Shown here piece by piece: positions 9,826 through 22,800 of a stretch of 64,000 nt of DNA. This stretch comes from an uncultured Clostridia bacterium. GTDB taxonomy: Bacteria; Bacillota; Clostridia; Christensenellales; UBA1242. How positions within the stretch are numbered: the stretch's first letter is position 1; every line of letters starts with the position of its first letter. The stretch lies in assembly GCA_944351415.1 (NCBI GenBank), contig CALVPQ010000003.1, positions 977 through 64,976 of the forward strand, given 5' to 3'. The translations under genes were made by a program, and so were the position numbers. Below the pieces are notes generated by a model that was not told the DNA's origin, did not search any database, and was given only the letters and a program-made list of their open reading frames with translations.

Positions 9826-12800
9826 TTATTCGTCAAAGTCACCAAAGTCATCAAAGATGTCAAGATTATCAAGTTCATTATTCTTTGTGCTTTCTTCAAA
9901 TATATCTTTAAAATCTTTGTCTGCTTGCTCTTCCTCTGATAATTTATTATCATTTGCTGGTTGAGTGTCAAAATCAAAGATTCCTTCCTCAAGGTCTTTT
10001 TCGGTGTCTTGAGCAAGAGTATTTGGAGCATCGACTTCATCTTGACTAAGTTCACTAAGAGAGATTTCTTTATTACCTTCTGTTAGTATCTTTATGTCTA
10101 GACCAAGTGCTTGTAATTCTTTTACAAGAACCTTAAATGACTCAGGTATGCCAGGTTCGGCAATTGGAAGTCCTTTAATAATTGATTCATAAGTTTTAAG
10201 TCTACCATTAAGGTCATCAGACTTAACTGTGAGCATTTCTTGCAAGATATGACTTGCACCATAAGCTTCAAGAGCCCATACTTCCATTTCACCAAATCTT
10301 TGTCCACCAAAGAGTGATTTTCCACCTAGTGGTTGTTGAGTTATAAGAGCATAAGGTCCAATTGAACGAGCATGAATCTTAGAGTCAACCATGTGTTCAA
10401 GTTTAAGCATATACTTAACACCAACTGTTGTAAGGTTATCAAAAGGTTCACCTGTTCTGCCATCATAAAGTTGAACTTTTCCATCTGGGCGGAAATTATT
10501 TTCAACTAAAAGTTCTCTTATATCGTCTGTTGTTGCACCATCAAATGCTGGAGTTGCAACTTTCCAACCAAGAGTTTTTGCAACAAGCCCAAGATGAACT
10601 TCCATAACTTGACCGATATTCATACGAGATGGAATGCCAAGTGGACTAAGAACAATATCTAGTGGCTGACCATTAGCCATAAATGGCATATCTGCTTCTG
10701 GAAGAACTATAGAAACAACACCTTTGTTTCCATGACGTCCAGCCATCTTGTCACCAACAGAGATTTTTCTCTTTTGGGCAACTGTGACTCTTACCATCAT
10801 AGTTACACCTGGCTCAAGGTCATCTTTATTCTTTTTAGAGAATACTTGAACATCAACTACTATTCCACCTTTTCCATGTTGAACACGAAGTGATGTGTCT
10901 CTTACATCTCTGGCTTTATCACCAAATATAGCTCTTAGTAATCTTTCTTCTGGTGTAAGGTCTGTTTCTCCTTTAGGTGTTACCTTACCTACTAAAATAT
11001 CATTAGGGTGAACTTCAGCACCTACTCTTATAATACCGTTTTCATCAAGGTCTTTAAGAGCATCTTCGCCAAGGTTAGGAATATCACGAGTGATAACTTC
11101 GTCACCAAGTTTGGTTGTTCTACACTTAATTTCTTGGTCATAAAGCGTGATTGAAGTGTATACATCTTCTTTTACAAGTCTTTCATTAATAAGAATAGCA
11201 TCTTCAAAATTCTGTCCTTCCCAGTTCATGTAGCCAATAAGAACGTTTTTACCAACGGCTAATTCTCCATGGTCAGTTGAATAACCATCAGTTAAAACAT
11301 CACCCTCTTCAACCTTTTCACCTTTTTTAACACAAGGACGTTGATTGTAGCAAATATCGTCATTGGCTTTAGCAAACTTGGTAAGTGTATAAATATCTTC
11401 GTCGCCTTTATCAGTAAGAACTCTAATTTCGTCGGCTGAAACATATTTTACAGTTCCCCCGCGCTTTGCAAGAATAACACACCCACTATCATGAGCAGCA
11501 ATAGCTTCCATACCTGTTCCAACAACTGGAGCTTCTGGACGAAGGACTGGAACAGCTTGACGTTGCATATTAGCACCCATAAGTGCACGGTTAGCTTCAT
11601 CACCATTTACAAATGGAATTAAACTTGTTGCAACAGAAATCATCTGTCTTGGAGATACGTCCATATAGTCAACTTTGCTTGCTGGAACTTCTTCCATTAC
11701 TGAACCATGACGGCACATAATACGCTTATTAACAAAGTGACCTTCTTCATCAAGTGGTTCTATAGCCTGAGCTATGTAGCTTTCATTTTCTACATCAGCC
11801 ATCTTATATACTATGTCTTTTGTTACAACTCCTCTTTCTTTATCAACTACTCTGTATGGAGTTTCAAGGAACCCATAGTCATTCACACGAACATAAGTTG
11901 CAAGTGTGTTGATAAGACCAATTGATTGACCTTCTGGAGTTTCAACAGGACAAATTCTTCCATAATGAGTAAAGTGAATATCACGGATTTCAGGGTCTGC
12001 ACGTTCCTTTCTTATACCTCCAGGACCGATAGCGGATACACGACGTTTCTGTGTGATTCCTGAAAGCGGATTCTTTTGGTCCATAATTTGTGAAAGCTGT
12101 GATTGTGAGAAGAAATCACGTAAAGCTTTATTTACAGCTTTTGGATTCATAATTTGAGATGGTGTTACTTCTTCAAATTCGCGACCTTGCAGTGTTTCCT
12201 TAATATTTGTTGCAAGTTTTGTTACACCTTTTCTAAAGTCATTGCAAGTAAGTTCTCCAACTGTTGCAACTCTTTTATTTGATAAGTGTTCAATCTTATC
12301 TGTGCCTGCAATACCTTCAAGAACATCAAGATAACAAGAAATTGTTGCAAGAATATCGTCCATTGTTAAAGTTGTGATTATTAAATCTTTCACACTATTT
12401 TTGATAGCCTCAATTCTCTTCTCTTTTGTTTTATTTTCAGATAAAATTTGTTGGAGCACTGGATAATAAACATCTTCAAAAATACCTAATTCTTCTTGAT
12501 TACATGGAAATACTTGTGAGAGTGTTACTCTATTATTACCACGCATAAGATGTTTCTTGCCAGTTACCTGAACCCAAACTTCGTTTACACCTGCATTTTG
12601 AACTTTTGCTGCACTTTCTTTTGTAAATTCTTCACCAGCACGAACAAGAAGCTCTCCATCAACAATAATATCTTCTGCATTAATAAGACCTGGAAGTCTG
12701 TTTTTAAGCCCTAATTTTTTATTGAATTTATATCTTCCAACCCTTGATAAGTTGTAGTATGCATCTGTAAAGAAAGAAACATTTAAGAAACTTCTTGTGC

Positions 12801-13545
12801 TTTCGACAGATGGAACATCTGAAGGTCTTGTTTTTCTTGAAAATTCAAGAAGAGCCTCTTCTTGTGTAGTTTGGGTTTCTCTTTCAATAACATTTTTTAT
12901 ATAACGATTATCCCCAAAACATTTCAATATCTCTTCATTTGTAAATCCAAAACACTTTAGGAAAACACCAAGGCTAATCTTATTTTTTCTTTCTAAAACT
13001 ATTTTTAAATTTTCACTTGCACCTTGTTCTATTTCTATCCATGCCCCATGAACAGGAATTACTTGAGCACGAAGTGTTGCATTATTATCTTTTTCACGAG
13101 AAAGATAAACACTAGGAGCTCGGACAATTTGATTAATAACTACCCTTTCAATACCATTATAGATAAATGAACCCTGTTCTGTCATCATAGGCACATCACC
13201 CATGAAAACTTCTTGTTCAACAGCCTGTCCTGTTTCTTCAACAACAAAACGTGCCTTTACTTTTAAAGGTGAAGAGTATGTTGCCCCACGACGTTTACAT
13301 TCTTTAATATCATACTTAGGTTTTGCAAAAGGCAAAATCTCTGTGATATATAATTTTGCTTTACCAGAATAATCAGTTAATGGGAAAAATTCATCTAAAA
13401 CCCTTTTGATTCCCTTTTCTAAGAAGTCTTTATAAGATTTCTTTTGAATTTCAAGAAGTGGTGGAACTTTTACAAGTTCTTCCGCATGACCGAAAGTATA
13501 TCTTTCTGTTTTACCTTGTTTTACTTTTCTTACATTTACAGACAT
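9826..13545 (-). CDS. rpoB: DNA-directed RNA polymerase subunit beta
   Basis: It carries canonical beta-subunit motifs (GDKMAGRHGNKG, FGGQRFGEMEVWALEAYGA). ATG 13545 is preceded by AAGGAGAGG. The ORF-track TTG at 13560 lies inside that SD. The C-terminus has a ~90-aa acidic tail ending DDFGDFDE. Confidence 0.97.
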   Translation of the reverse strand: MSVNVRKVKQGKTERYTFGHAEELVKVPPLLEIQKKSYKDFLEKGIKRVLDEFFPLTDYSGKAKLYITEILPFAKPKYDIKECKRRGATYSSPLKVKARFVVEETGQAVEQEVFMGDVPMMTEQGSFIYNGIERVVINQIVRAPSVYLSREKDNNATLRAQVIPVHGAWIEIEQGASENLKIVLERKNKISLGVFLKCFGFTNEEILKCFGDNRYIKNVIERETQTTQEEALLEFSRKTRPSDVPSVESTRSFLNVSFFTDAYYNLSRVGRYKFNKKLGLKNRLPGLINAEDIIVDGELLVRAGEEFTKESAAKVQNAGVNEVWVQVTGKKHLMRGNNRVTLSQVFPCNQEELGIFEDVYYPVLQQILSENKTKEKRIEAIKNSVKDLIITTLTMDDILATISCYLDVLEGIAGTDKIEHLSNKRVATVGELTCNDFRKGVTKLATNIKETLQGREFEEVTPSQIMNPKAVNKALRDFFSQSQLSQIMDQKNPLSGITQKRRVSAIGPGGIRKERADPEIRDIHFTHYGRICPVETPEGQSIGLINTLATYVRVNDYGFLETPYRVVDKERGVVTKDIVYKMADVENESYIAQAIEPLDEEGHFVNKRIMCRHGSVMEEVPASKVDYMDVSPRQMISVATSLIPFVNGDEANRALMGANMQRQAVPVLRPEAPVVGTGMEAIAAHDSGCVILAKRGGTVKYVSADEIRVLTDKGDEDIYTLTKFAKANDDICYNQRPCVKKGEKVEEGDVLTDGYSTDHGELAVGKNVLIGYMNWEGQNFEDAILINERLVKEDVYTSITLYDQEIKCRTTKLGDEVITRDIPNLGEDALKDLDENGIIRVGAEVHPNDILVGKVTPKGETDLTPEERLLRAIFGDKARDVRDTSLRVQHGKGGIVVDVQVFSKKNKDDLEPGVTMMVRVTVAQKRKISVGDKMAGRHGNKGVVSIVLPEADMPFMANGQPLDIVLSPLGIPSRMNIGQVMEVHLGLVAKTLGWKVATPAFDGATTDDIRELLVENNFRPDGKVQLYDGRTGEPFDNLTTVGVKYMLKLEHMVDSKIHARSIGPYALITQQPLGGKSLFGGQRFGEMEVWALEAYGASHILQEMLTVKSDDLNGRLKTYESIIKGLPIAEPGIPESFKVLVKELQALGLDIKILTEGNKEISLSELSQDEVDAPNTLAQDTEKDLEEGIFDFDTQPANDNKLSEEEQADKDFKDIFEESTKNNELDNLDIFDDFGDFDE

Positions 13546-13599
13546 TTGCCTCTCCTTCAAACTGTTTATTTGCTGCTATGTTTTGTTTTTTAACTAACA

Positions 13600-13640
13600 C
13601 AAAAAAGGACTTTATAGCACAAAAATGCTATAATAGTCCC
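13600..13640 (-). terminator. Terminator/attenuator hairpin inside the rpoB leader
   Basis: On the minus strand, GGACT-A-TTATAGCA / TGCTATAA-AGTCC (5 + 7 bp) is followed by U6. It lies 55-95 nt upstream of the rpoB ATG. I see no promoter-like hexamers between it and the ATG. Confidence 0.6.
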
Positions 13641-13695
13641 TACCTATTAAGTTATAAAACAATAATTTTCTTATTCACAGCCGATATTCTATATT

Positions 13696-13725
13696 ATTAT
13701 AGCTTATATTATTTAAAAATGTCAA
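13696..13725 (-). promoter_or_regulatory. Consensus sigma-A-type promoter for rpoBC
   Basis: On the minus strand, TTGACA (13720-13725) is separated by 18 nt from TATAAT (13696-13701). Confidence 0.65.
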
Positions 13726-13818
13726 CAGTTTTTTAATATTTTTTTAGCTTTTTATATATATTTTGTCAAAGAATAAGTTTTTATTGTTTTTTTATTAAAT
13801 TAATTAAGAAAGAACTTA

Positions 13819-13846
13819 AGAAAGTTAGGTGTAGTCCTAACTTTCT
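13819..13846 (-). terminator. Intrinsic terminator after the giant gene
   Basis: An 11-bp stem AGAAAGTTAGG / CCTAACTTTCT with a 6-nt loop is followed on the minus strand by a U-rich stretch (UAAGUUCUUUCUU). Confidence 0.55.
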
Positions 13847-13852
13847 TCTGTC

Positions 13853-16800
13853 TTATCTATTTAGCCATTCAAGTTCATTCTCGAAAGCCAATATACTCAA
13901 TCCAGTTGTTTGTGTTATCCAAACTGGAAGTGTTGGTATTTCAGTAAGTGCTACACCATCTGCAGTTTCAAAAGAAACAGTGGTAACACCATCTACTTGA
14001 TGGTAAACTTGATAGTAAACTGTGTTTGTAAGTATATTTCTATATGCAAGAACCGGATATGATTCACCAATATCATATTGCATCTGTTCAAAATAGTTGC
14101 CAGCACTGTCTGCAAGAATAATATTTTGAATTGCATACGCAAAATTTAGCGTTTTTTCTATTGATGTTACTTGAATTGACGTTTGACAATCATCAGGCGA
14201 ACTAGTATGTCCTATTTCCCAGAAGCCTGTTCTATTATGATATGTTCCATACTCATATCTAGTATTACCGACATAGTAAATTATATCTAGAGTTCCACCA
14301 TAGTCTTCTTCTGGAGTAGAAATTAATTGTGTTTGATTATTTACAAAAACATAATCACCATTATTTTCATTATATTCTAATATATTATTGCCCAACATAT
14401 AACTATTGTTTGAATGGTCATATACAAGTTCAACAGCTGGCCTTAGACTTGGCTCTTCTTCTGCTTCACTATCATTCTCATCATTTGTTCCAGCTGAAGC
14501 AAATAAAGGTATATGATATACGTCAGCAAATAAATTATAATACACATCTTCAGTTATACCAGTTGACATAGCTGCATTTGTATATTTGAAATATTCTTCT
14601 CCATATTCTAGTGAAGAAGTTCCATAATTATTAACAGTCAAGCCTATCGCAACATTTAACACCTTTGTTCTATATGTTACATTATAGTTTTCAGAACGAT
14701 TATATGCCTCTGACGTTGCAGTTGTGCTCGTATTATGCCCTAAATAGTAAACATGATTAAAGTTGCCATTCGATGTGTTATTATTTATAGAATAACTAAA
14801 TGTTGCATTAGGGTTGGTTTTCATACCCTCTGCATCAAAGAAAGAACTATAAGTAGAAACTGCATCTATTGACCTGTTATCAACTACTGTTGCATCAACT
14901 GTTGAAGTTGTATAGCAATAAGCAAGGTATGGAACTCTAGAATTTTCTGTTCCTCCAACTAATCCTCCAACAAATGCAGCTGACTCTAAACCTGATGTGC
15001 TTGTGTTAAGAGTTAAAAGTGAAGTGCAATAGCTGTTCGTCATAGTAAGTGAAGCATTATTATCTCCAGATAATAATCCAACAACTCCGCCTAAATATGG
15101 GTTAGCCTTTTGACCAACAACACTAAGGTTTGTGCTTTTTACTGCTACATTATCAATAAATAATACATTTTCAATAGCTCCTACCGCACCACCAAGGATT
15201 GATGCACCTTCAATATCAGCATTGACAATACTAAACTCTATGTAGGAAGGTCTATTACCTGCATTTGTTATTATCCCTGCTATACCACCAACATTATATA
15301 TAGTGCTTGAAGAAGTGCTTACAGATGTCGCTCTAAAGCTTTGTTCCATTACCGCATTACTGATTGTTCCACCAGAAAGGATTCCTGTTATCCCACCAAC
15401 AGAGTTTGCAGCTCTTGGAATAACTGAGAATGTTGATTCCATGCTTTGACTACCCGATACATGCACATAACTTAAATTACCAGAAACTTCTCCAACAACA
15501 TAACCACCATAGTGATATGCTCTTATGATACTATCCTGCAAAACATCAACAAACACCATTGATATGTTTGCATTGTTGCCTATACCTCCAAAAGCAAAGC
15601 CTGCACGACTTCCCTGTATAGAAGATGTTTCACTAATTTCCATATTATATGCAGTTCCTGTTCCCATAAAACCTGCAATACTTCCAGAGTATGAGAATGA
15701 TGTTAAGTTAGTTTGTGCCTCTGTGTAAGTTGCATCTAAAGATGAAGTATAGGTTGAAGAAACATTAATATTACTTGAAATGTTCTTAATTGAATAAGAA
15801 TTTATTGCCCTACCTATAACACCACCAACAAAGTTTCTACCTATAACTACCGTTCCACCTGTATCTTCACTAGAGATATTGGCTCTTCCATCTATTGTTA
15901 CATCATATATATATCCATATCTAAGTGTTCCTGCAAGTGTTCCCACACTATTTGTATTTGCAAAAGCAACTTGAGATGGCGCAATAGTCAAGTTTTTAAC
16001 TGTGCCTGTGTTATTTGCAGAATAACCTATTTGTGCGAATAATCCTGCATTTGTTAAGCTATCCATTGAAACAAGGCTAATTTGACTTATCTCCATTCCA
16101 TTTCCTTCCAAATTACCTGCAAATATAGTTTGGTATAAAACGGAAAGTTCTTCATAAGTTGAATAATCTATATCACTTATAATTCTATAGTTTGTTATAT
16201 TCAAATTTGAAGCTGAGGTTTGCTCTGAAATTTCACTCTCCATAGTTGCCGCATCATAAATTAGTCTTGGATTATGAATTGAGCCCCTATTTGGTGTGCT
16301 ACTATCATCTATATAATGATATATAACTTCTCCAGTGTTAGCATCAAGTTCTGAATAACTGAAGTTTCTTATTGAAAGTGCAGCTATATTTGGACTTACA
16401 AGTTCAAGCCTATTTAATGCAAAGGTCATAAGTTCTGTTTCATAAACAGTATTGGTCTGAACATTGCCTTCATCACCTGGAATATCAATAGTTTGTGTTG
16501 TTGGAACATAATCAACATAGGTTGTTGATGTGTTTCCATTGCTAAAGAACCAAACTGCATTTGTTCCCATTGAATTTTGATATGAATAATTTGCAAAATT
16601 CTCTGCAACATCTGCAAAACCACCAGCATTTAATCTTTCAATACCATCATAAGCTATAGGAATAACTGATGTGTTAATATCACTTTCTCCAATTATAAAG
16701 CCACTTTCAGAATCAACTATGCCTTCTCCACTTTCTTGTTCTTCGTTATATAGATAATAACAATTTTCAAATGTTCCTGTGTTATTATCATAACTATCAT

Positions 16801-19800
16801 ATCTTGCAAAACCTGCAGATGCTGTTACATTATTTCTTAGCACTGAAAGTGAGAATGAATTTTTAATTTCTCCACCATTCATATATACAAAGCCAGCCAT
16901 ATCTGATGTTGTTTTTGATAAGTCTATATCAGTGTAACAATCACTTATATACCCAGCATTTTGATAAACAAATCCTGCTGCAGCGATTGTTGATGATATT
17001 GAGCTTACACTATCTTTGCTATATAATGATGTGTTAGATTGTTCTCCAGAAACATAGCTTGTTATTATCTGCCCTGATTCTAAGTTTGTTACAACAAAAC
17101 CTGCAACGTGTTGACTTTGTTGAGAGTTATTTTCGATTACACCATTCTTAAAATATGATGCAGCAATTTTGCCTGAATTTTGTCCAACAATACCGCCCAT
17201 GTTGTAAGGTGTTCTCATATTGATTGAAACGGCACAATTAGTTATATAGCCAGAATTTGTTGCAGCTATTCCGCCCATAAAACTTGAGCCATCTAAAGCA
17301 TTGTCTGCTTTTACAACAACATAATACTCACTGCCACTGACTGTATCTGTTGTTACTCTACAGTTTGTGATGATACCTTGATTGTCTGCAACAATTGAGC
17401 CAAAATTGAAGGCATCAGATGTGGTGATAAATTTTACAGTTCGCAGATTATACCAGCCATAGTCATCATCTGGTTCTATGTTTGTATCTGAGCCATCTAT
17501 AGCTGCTGTAAAGTTTATATTAAGATTTCTTATTATAGAGTCTTCTGGAAGAGTTGTAAATAGACCAATACTGCTAGATGAGCCTAAATCATAAGTTCCC
17601 GCAAAACTTATTGTGTGTCCATTTCCATCTAATGACTTAAATGTTGCTACTAGCGGTGAAAAGGCTTCAATCCCTTGTGACTCATTTGCCTTGTTTGGAA
17701 GAGTTATATCATTTAGAAGAATATAATAACCACCACTTTGCATATCAAGTAAATCATTATAATCATAAATCGGAATTGGGCTTTCTTCGCTACTTGAAGA
17801 ATATACATTAAGCACAAATTCTGTGTGAACTGTTTGACTTCCAATAATTATGGCACCATCATTGTTGTTTTCTGTGTCTGGACGCTCTGCAGTGTATGTT
17901 CCTGTTGAATCTGAATAACTATAATTTGAATAGAATGTTATATAGTAAAATCTATCTTCTGGTTCATGTGTTCTGACTGGTGTTAGATTTAAACCTGCAT
18001 AATTAAAGTAATAGTTACTTCCAGAAAGTATATTCCCATTAGCATCATAGCCTAATTCATATACCTCTCCTTCTTCATCAGCCTGTGCATAGTCAGGGAG
18101 CTGGTCACTTATAAGGTTGGTTGCAACTCTCCATATACCATTATAAGCTAAACCATTCATAAATTCTTCAACACTATTTACTACTTCAATATTTGTTGAA
18201 TCATACTCAATATGACTGAAAATGTCTACACTAAATGTTGTTTGTGTTCCAACTTGCACATTTATTTCACCATTACCCATTCCAGATATAATATCTTCGG
18301 AATTTCCAACAAGTTCGCCATTATATTCCAGAACATATTCTTGAATTACTATACGTGTCAAACTGCTTGATGTGCGAACATTATCACCATCTACCTGGGT
18401 TGCTGTAATTGAAATATTAAATATGTTTGCTTCATTATCGTAATTTACTGTGTTTGATGTTATTTCCAAATAATAAATGCCTTCTTCTTCAACTATTGTT
18501 GCATAAGTATCATCTGATAAAACTGGTGCAGATATACTTGAAGAAAGATAGCCATAAGAATTGATGTTAAGTTGATACCTCATTCCCCTTGCAACATTAT
18601 AAGAGGCATAGAATCCGCCCTCATTTGTGCTTGTAGGAGTTTTTCCATTAAGTTCAACTGAAACATAGTTTTGAAGTCTTACAGTTAAATTCTTAATAAC
18701 ACTATAAGCAACTTCACCATCTTTCATAATAGTTATTCTTATTGAAGTGGTGCTTTCATCGTTTACATTGACTGAAGTTAAGTCGTAACTGATATAAACA
18801 ACACCATTATATGTGTAATAAATATTTTGATTTTCGGCATCGCCACTTCCTGTTTGATTATATGTGCTGATTATATCATTTAAGTTAATTCTAAGTCCTG
18901 TTGCTGTTGCTGAGCCAACAATAGATTTGTCATCAAATATATTCTCTTCTCCTGTTGTGTTTGCTTTGCGAGCTAAGAAACCAAAGTTTGCACTTGCATT
19001 TCCAGTATTATAATTTTCATCAACATTTTCTATCAAAATATAATCAAAATCACTATCATCAGGAGTTATTGTGATTGCAAGAAGCCCCGTGGTGCCTGGG
19101 TATGCATAATTTGATGTTGAAGAGATTCCAACAGTTCCTGTAGATTCTGCTAAATTGGAGTAGTTATCTACTACAACTGATGTAATATTTGTTTGCTCAA
19201 AATTAATTGTTATCGAAGTATAAATTGCAGTATTGGATTCAGCTAAAATATAGATAGTATATTGCCCATAAATATTCTCAATATATCTATTTATATAAGC
19301 CTGAGAATTTTTATTTACAGAAATTGTTAAGTTAAATCTTTGATTTGATAGATTTTCACTATTATTAAGGTCAGCGACAAAACTTACATCAAATAGAAAC
19401 TCTTCTGAACCATAAAGGAAATTGAAGCCTTGAGCTTCTAGAACGTCACTGCCTTGAATGTTAACGTTATCGCTTCGAACTATATAGTAAAGAGGTAGAT
19501 TTTCTTCTGCAGTTGAATCAATAACAATAACATCTTCAATCTTACGACTTGATAGAAGTGTTGCATTATTATACTTTGTGTTATTGATGCTTGATGCACC
19601 CTTTCTATAGTTTATTGTAACATTATCAAGTTCTCTATTAACTCCTGATATATAAGTAACATTAACTTGTTCCCCTGTTTGTGTGTTATTTTCAAGGAAT
19701 GTGAATTCAACAACTGGTGTTATTGTTATCTTGTAGTCTTCTTCTTGAGTTAAATCGTTTCTTCTTATTACAATAGTCTGCCCTGTGACTTCAATATCTA

Positions 19801-22800
19801 ATTCAGCAGATGCATCTTGATATTCAATTGTTGTTTCACCAGTTTCACTATCTGTAACTTCTACCTGTTTTTGAACTTTTGTTACTTGTGCCGTTACCAC
19901 AGTGTTTGTTGCTAGATTAAATACAACGTTATTAAGTATTGCTACACCTTGAGCATCTACATCAATTCTTGAATTTTCAGTAGCCGATGAAGACAATTGC
20001 ATATTTAAAGTATAGTGCGGTCTAACATAAAGTGAAGCACTATTTTGCCCTCTTAAATTTATTGTTGTGTCGCCAATTGGCAACGAATTTGAAGAACCGT
20101 TTGGATAAATTATAGATGAACTTTCGCTATTTTCCGTAAGGTCTTCATCATCAGGATTAAAATAATTTATAACATAAATATAAAATTCTATTGCATTATT
20201 TGTGTTTAAAATACTTGTTGCAGTTACATTTGCAATACCCGTACCTCTAACAGTAATTCTTCCATTTTGGTCAAATGATAAAATATCTCGTGTATTAGAA
20301 GTGAACGACATTTCGCCCTTAGTAGTAAACGGATATAAAACACTATTGAAGTTTACACTATTCATATAAGAATCAAGCAATTCTTGATAACCTTGATTTT
20401 CGTCACTATTATCTGTTGAAGAAGCTGCGAAATAGAACATATAATATATTTCTTTATTGCCAAGTCCTTGTTGCCCATCATATTCTTCCGCAGTAAGTTT
20501 ATTATTAAATCCTTCATTTAGAGATAAGAACATATCTCCACCTTCTACAAAGAATGATTGAGCTAGTAATGTGCTTCCGTTATCACCTACTATTACAAAA
20601 TCACCATAGTATGAGGTTCTTGTAAGACTATTGACTGATATATTTGAGCCAGTTAGTTCAATTCTTGACCTTGACAATACAAAAGTATTAACATTAACAT
20701 AGTTAATATTATCTTGCATCTCTCCATCAACACCATTCATTACAGCAACTGTATTGCCTTCCAAAATACCAAATGCTAGTTTATTAGAGTTTGCTATATT
20801 TGTTGTTCTGAAGTATGAACTTATAACTGAAGTGCTATGAAGTGTTATCATTGATGAGTTAATTCCAGTGTATCCAATATCAACTGCTTGCATTGCAAAA
20901 GCTGAATTTATTGTGTTGACATTTTCAATATTTGCAATACCTGCAACATTTGCAGGAGTTGGTGTTGCAACTGAAGATAATAGTCCCCTTACAAAAGTTC
21001 GAGAAGTTATTCCTGTGAAGTCATTTTGAGCAATTCCATCTTCTCCAATTGTGTCAATAAATCCAACAACACCGCCAACATAGTCATAACCACTTACTTG
21101 TCCACCTACAATTATACCTTGTCCAGCAACATAATCGCTGTTTGTTGCTGTTTCATAAGCACCTTGATAAGAACTATAAATTACAAATGAAAGTGTGTTA
21201 TTTTGATAACTATTATATCCACCAATAATTGAACTTGTGGCACTGCTTGCACCTGTAAGCCCACCAACATAGGTCTGGTTAGTTAAAGTTGCAAATCCAT
21301 CAAAAGACACAGGAACAAGAGAAATTTGTGAGTAAGCCATATAATTTGTATAACCTGTATAGGATAAAACTTTACTATCTATCTTTTCAATTATACCATT
21401 GTTAGAACCTGCAACACCACCAACGTAGGTTGTAAGAGAAGATATTTGACTTGCTATATAGTTTACAGTCATAGTTCCTTCCATATATACAAGTATGTTA
21501 GGTGTTAGTCCAGCATAGCTATATCTTCCACTTCCAACTACACCATATCTTCCATCTACATTTTTTAATTGTTCTTCGGTATAACTTCTTGTGTTAGATG
21601 AATTTTCTTCAAATAATGTGTAGTCTTGAATAATTGTGCCATTATTAATTCCAACAACACCGCCTATATAACCATCTGTCACATTAATGTTTGAACTCAT
21701 TATTGTGACACCAACATTTATAAGTGTTCCTTCATTGCTTCCTGCTATAAGACCAACACGGCTTCTTCCAGCAAAAGAATTTATAGAGTCACTTCTTGCG
21801 ATATTAAACTCACCACTAAATTTTACGTATTCAATATATGCATTAGTGCCAATACTTGTAAATAAGCCATAATAATCACTATTATTATTACCATTATGTA
21901 TTGAGTTAATAATATTTATGCCTGTGATTTCAGCATATTCACTTGTTCCAACAATTGAGCCTTGAAGTTCCCCTAATGGTAATGCTTCGCTTATGGCTGA
22001 AACATCTATCGTTGTATTAATTTGATAATGTGCTGATAAGTTCATATTAATAAGGTCTTCAGCACTTTCTATAGTGAATCTATTTTGTTCAGTTCCATTT
22101 GCAAAACGAACTTCTATATTTATAGCCAAACTTTGATAATCACTTAAAATATTATTATTATCATCAAGCCAGTCGCGAGCGGCTATCCATAGTGTGCCTT
22201 CCATTTCATACTGATAATTCTCTGCATGTGTTACAAACTCATCGTTTACCGTTAAAATTATTTGATACCTTCCATCACTTTCTATATAGTCGATAGAATT
22301 TTCATCTAACATATAATAAGTAGACGTTGTGCCATTAGCATTTTCTATTGTGATGTCTCCACCTTCAAAGAGAGCTACTATCTCCCCATTTGTGGCAGTT
22401 AAGTTAGTTGGGTATGCTATAATAGAATGCTGTCTTTCAGTTGATGTAAATTCAATACTTGTGATACTATCTTGAAGGGTTATACGATTTACTTCCTCAT
22501 AAACTGATATACGCACGTTTACTGTGTATGAATAAACTCGCCCATATTGTCTTACATGAGCTATAAGTTTAAAATTTCTAGGATTTTCAATATTACTAAA
22601 TGCTGTGAAAGTTAAAGTTGATGTATCAAATGTGCCAAGCCCAACAATAGTATAAACATTGTTATCTTCAGCTGTTTGATACATAATGTCTACAGGTTGA
22701 CTATTTTTTTGGATACCTAAATCTGAGTCAGTTTCCCAATAAACATAGCTTTGGTCAAATGTATTTTCAACATAAGCAGTGCGTGTTTCAGCATCTAAAT

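Noticed and set aside
13561-13852. A diversity-generating retroelement template repeat or other hypervariation machinery downstream of the giant gene.
   Set aside because: There is no reverse transcriptase or Avd-like ORF in the window. The spacer has no similarity I could see to the 3' end of the giant gene. It is explained by a terminator, the rpoB promoter and the leader hairpin.
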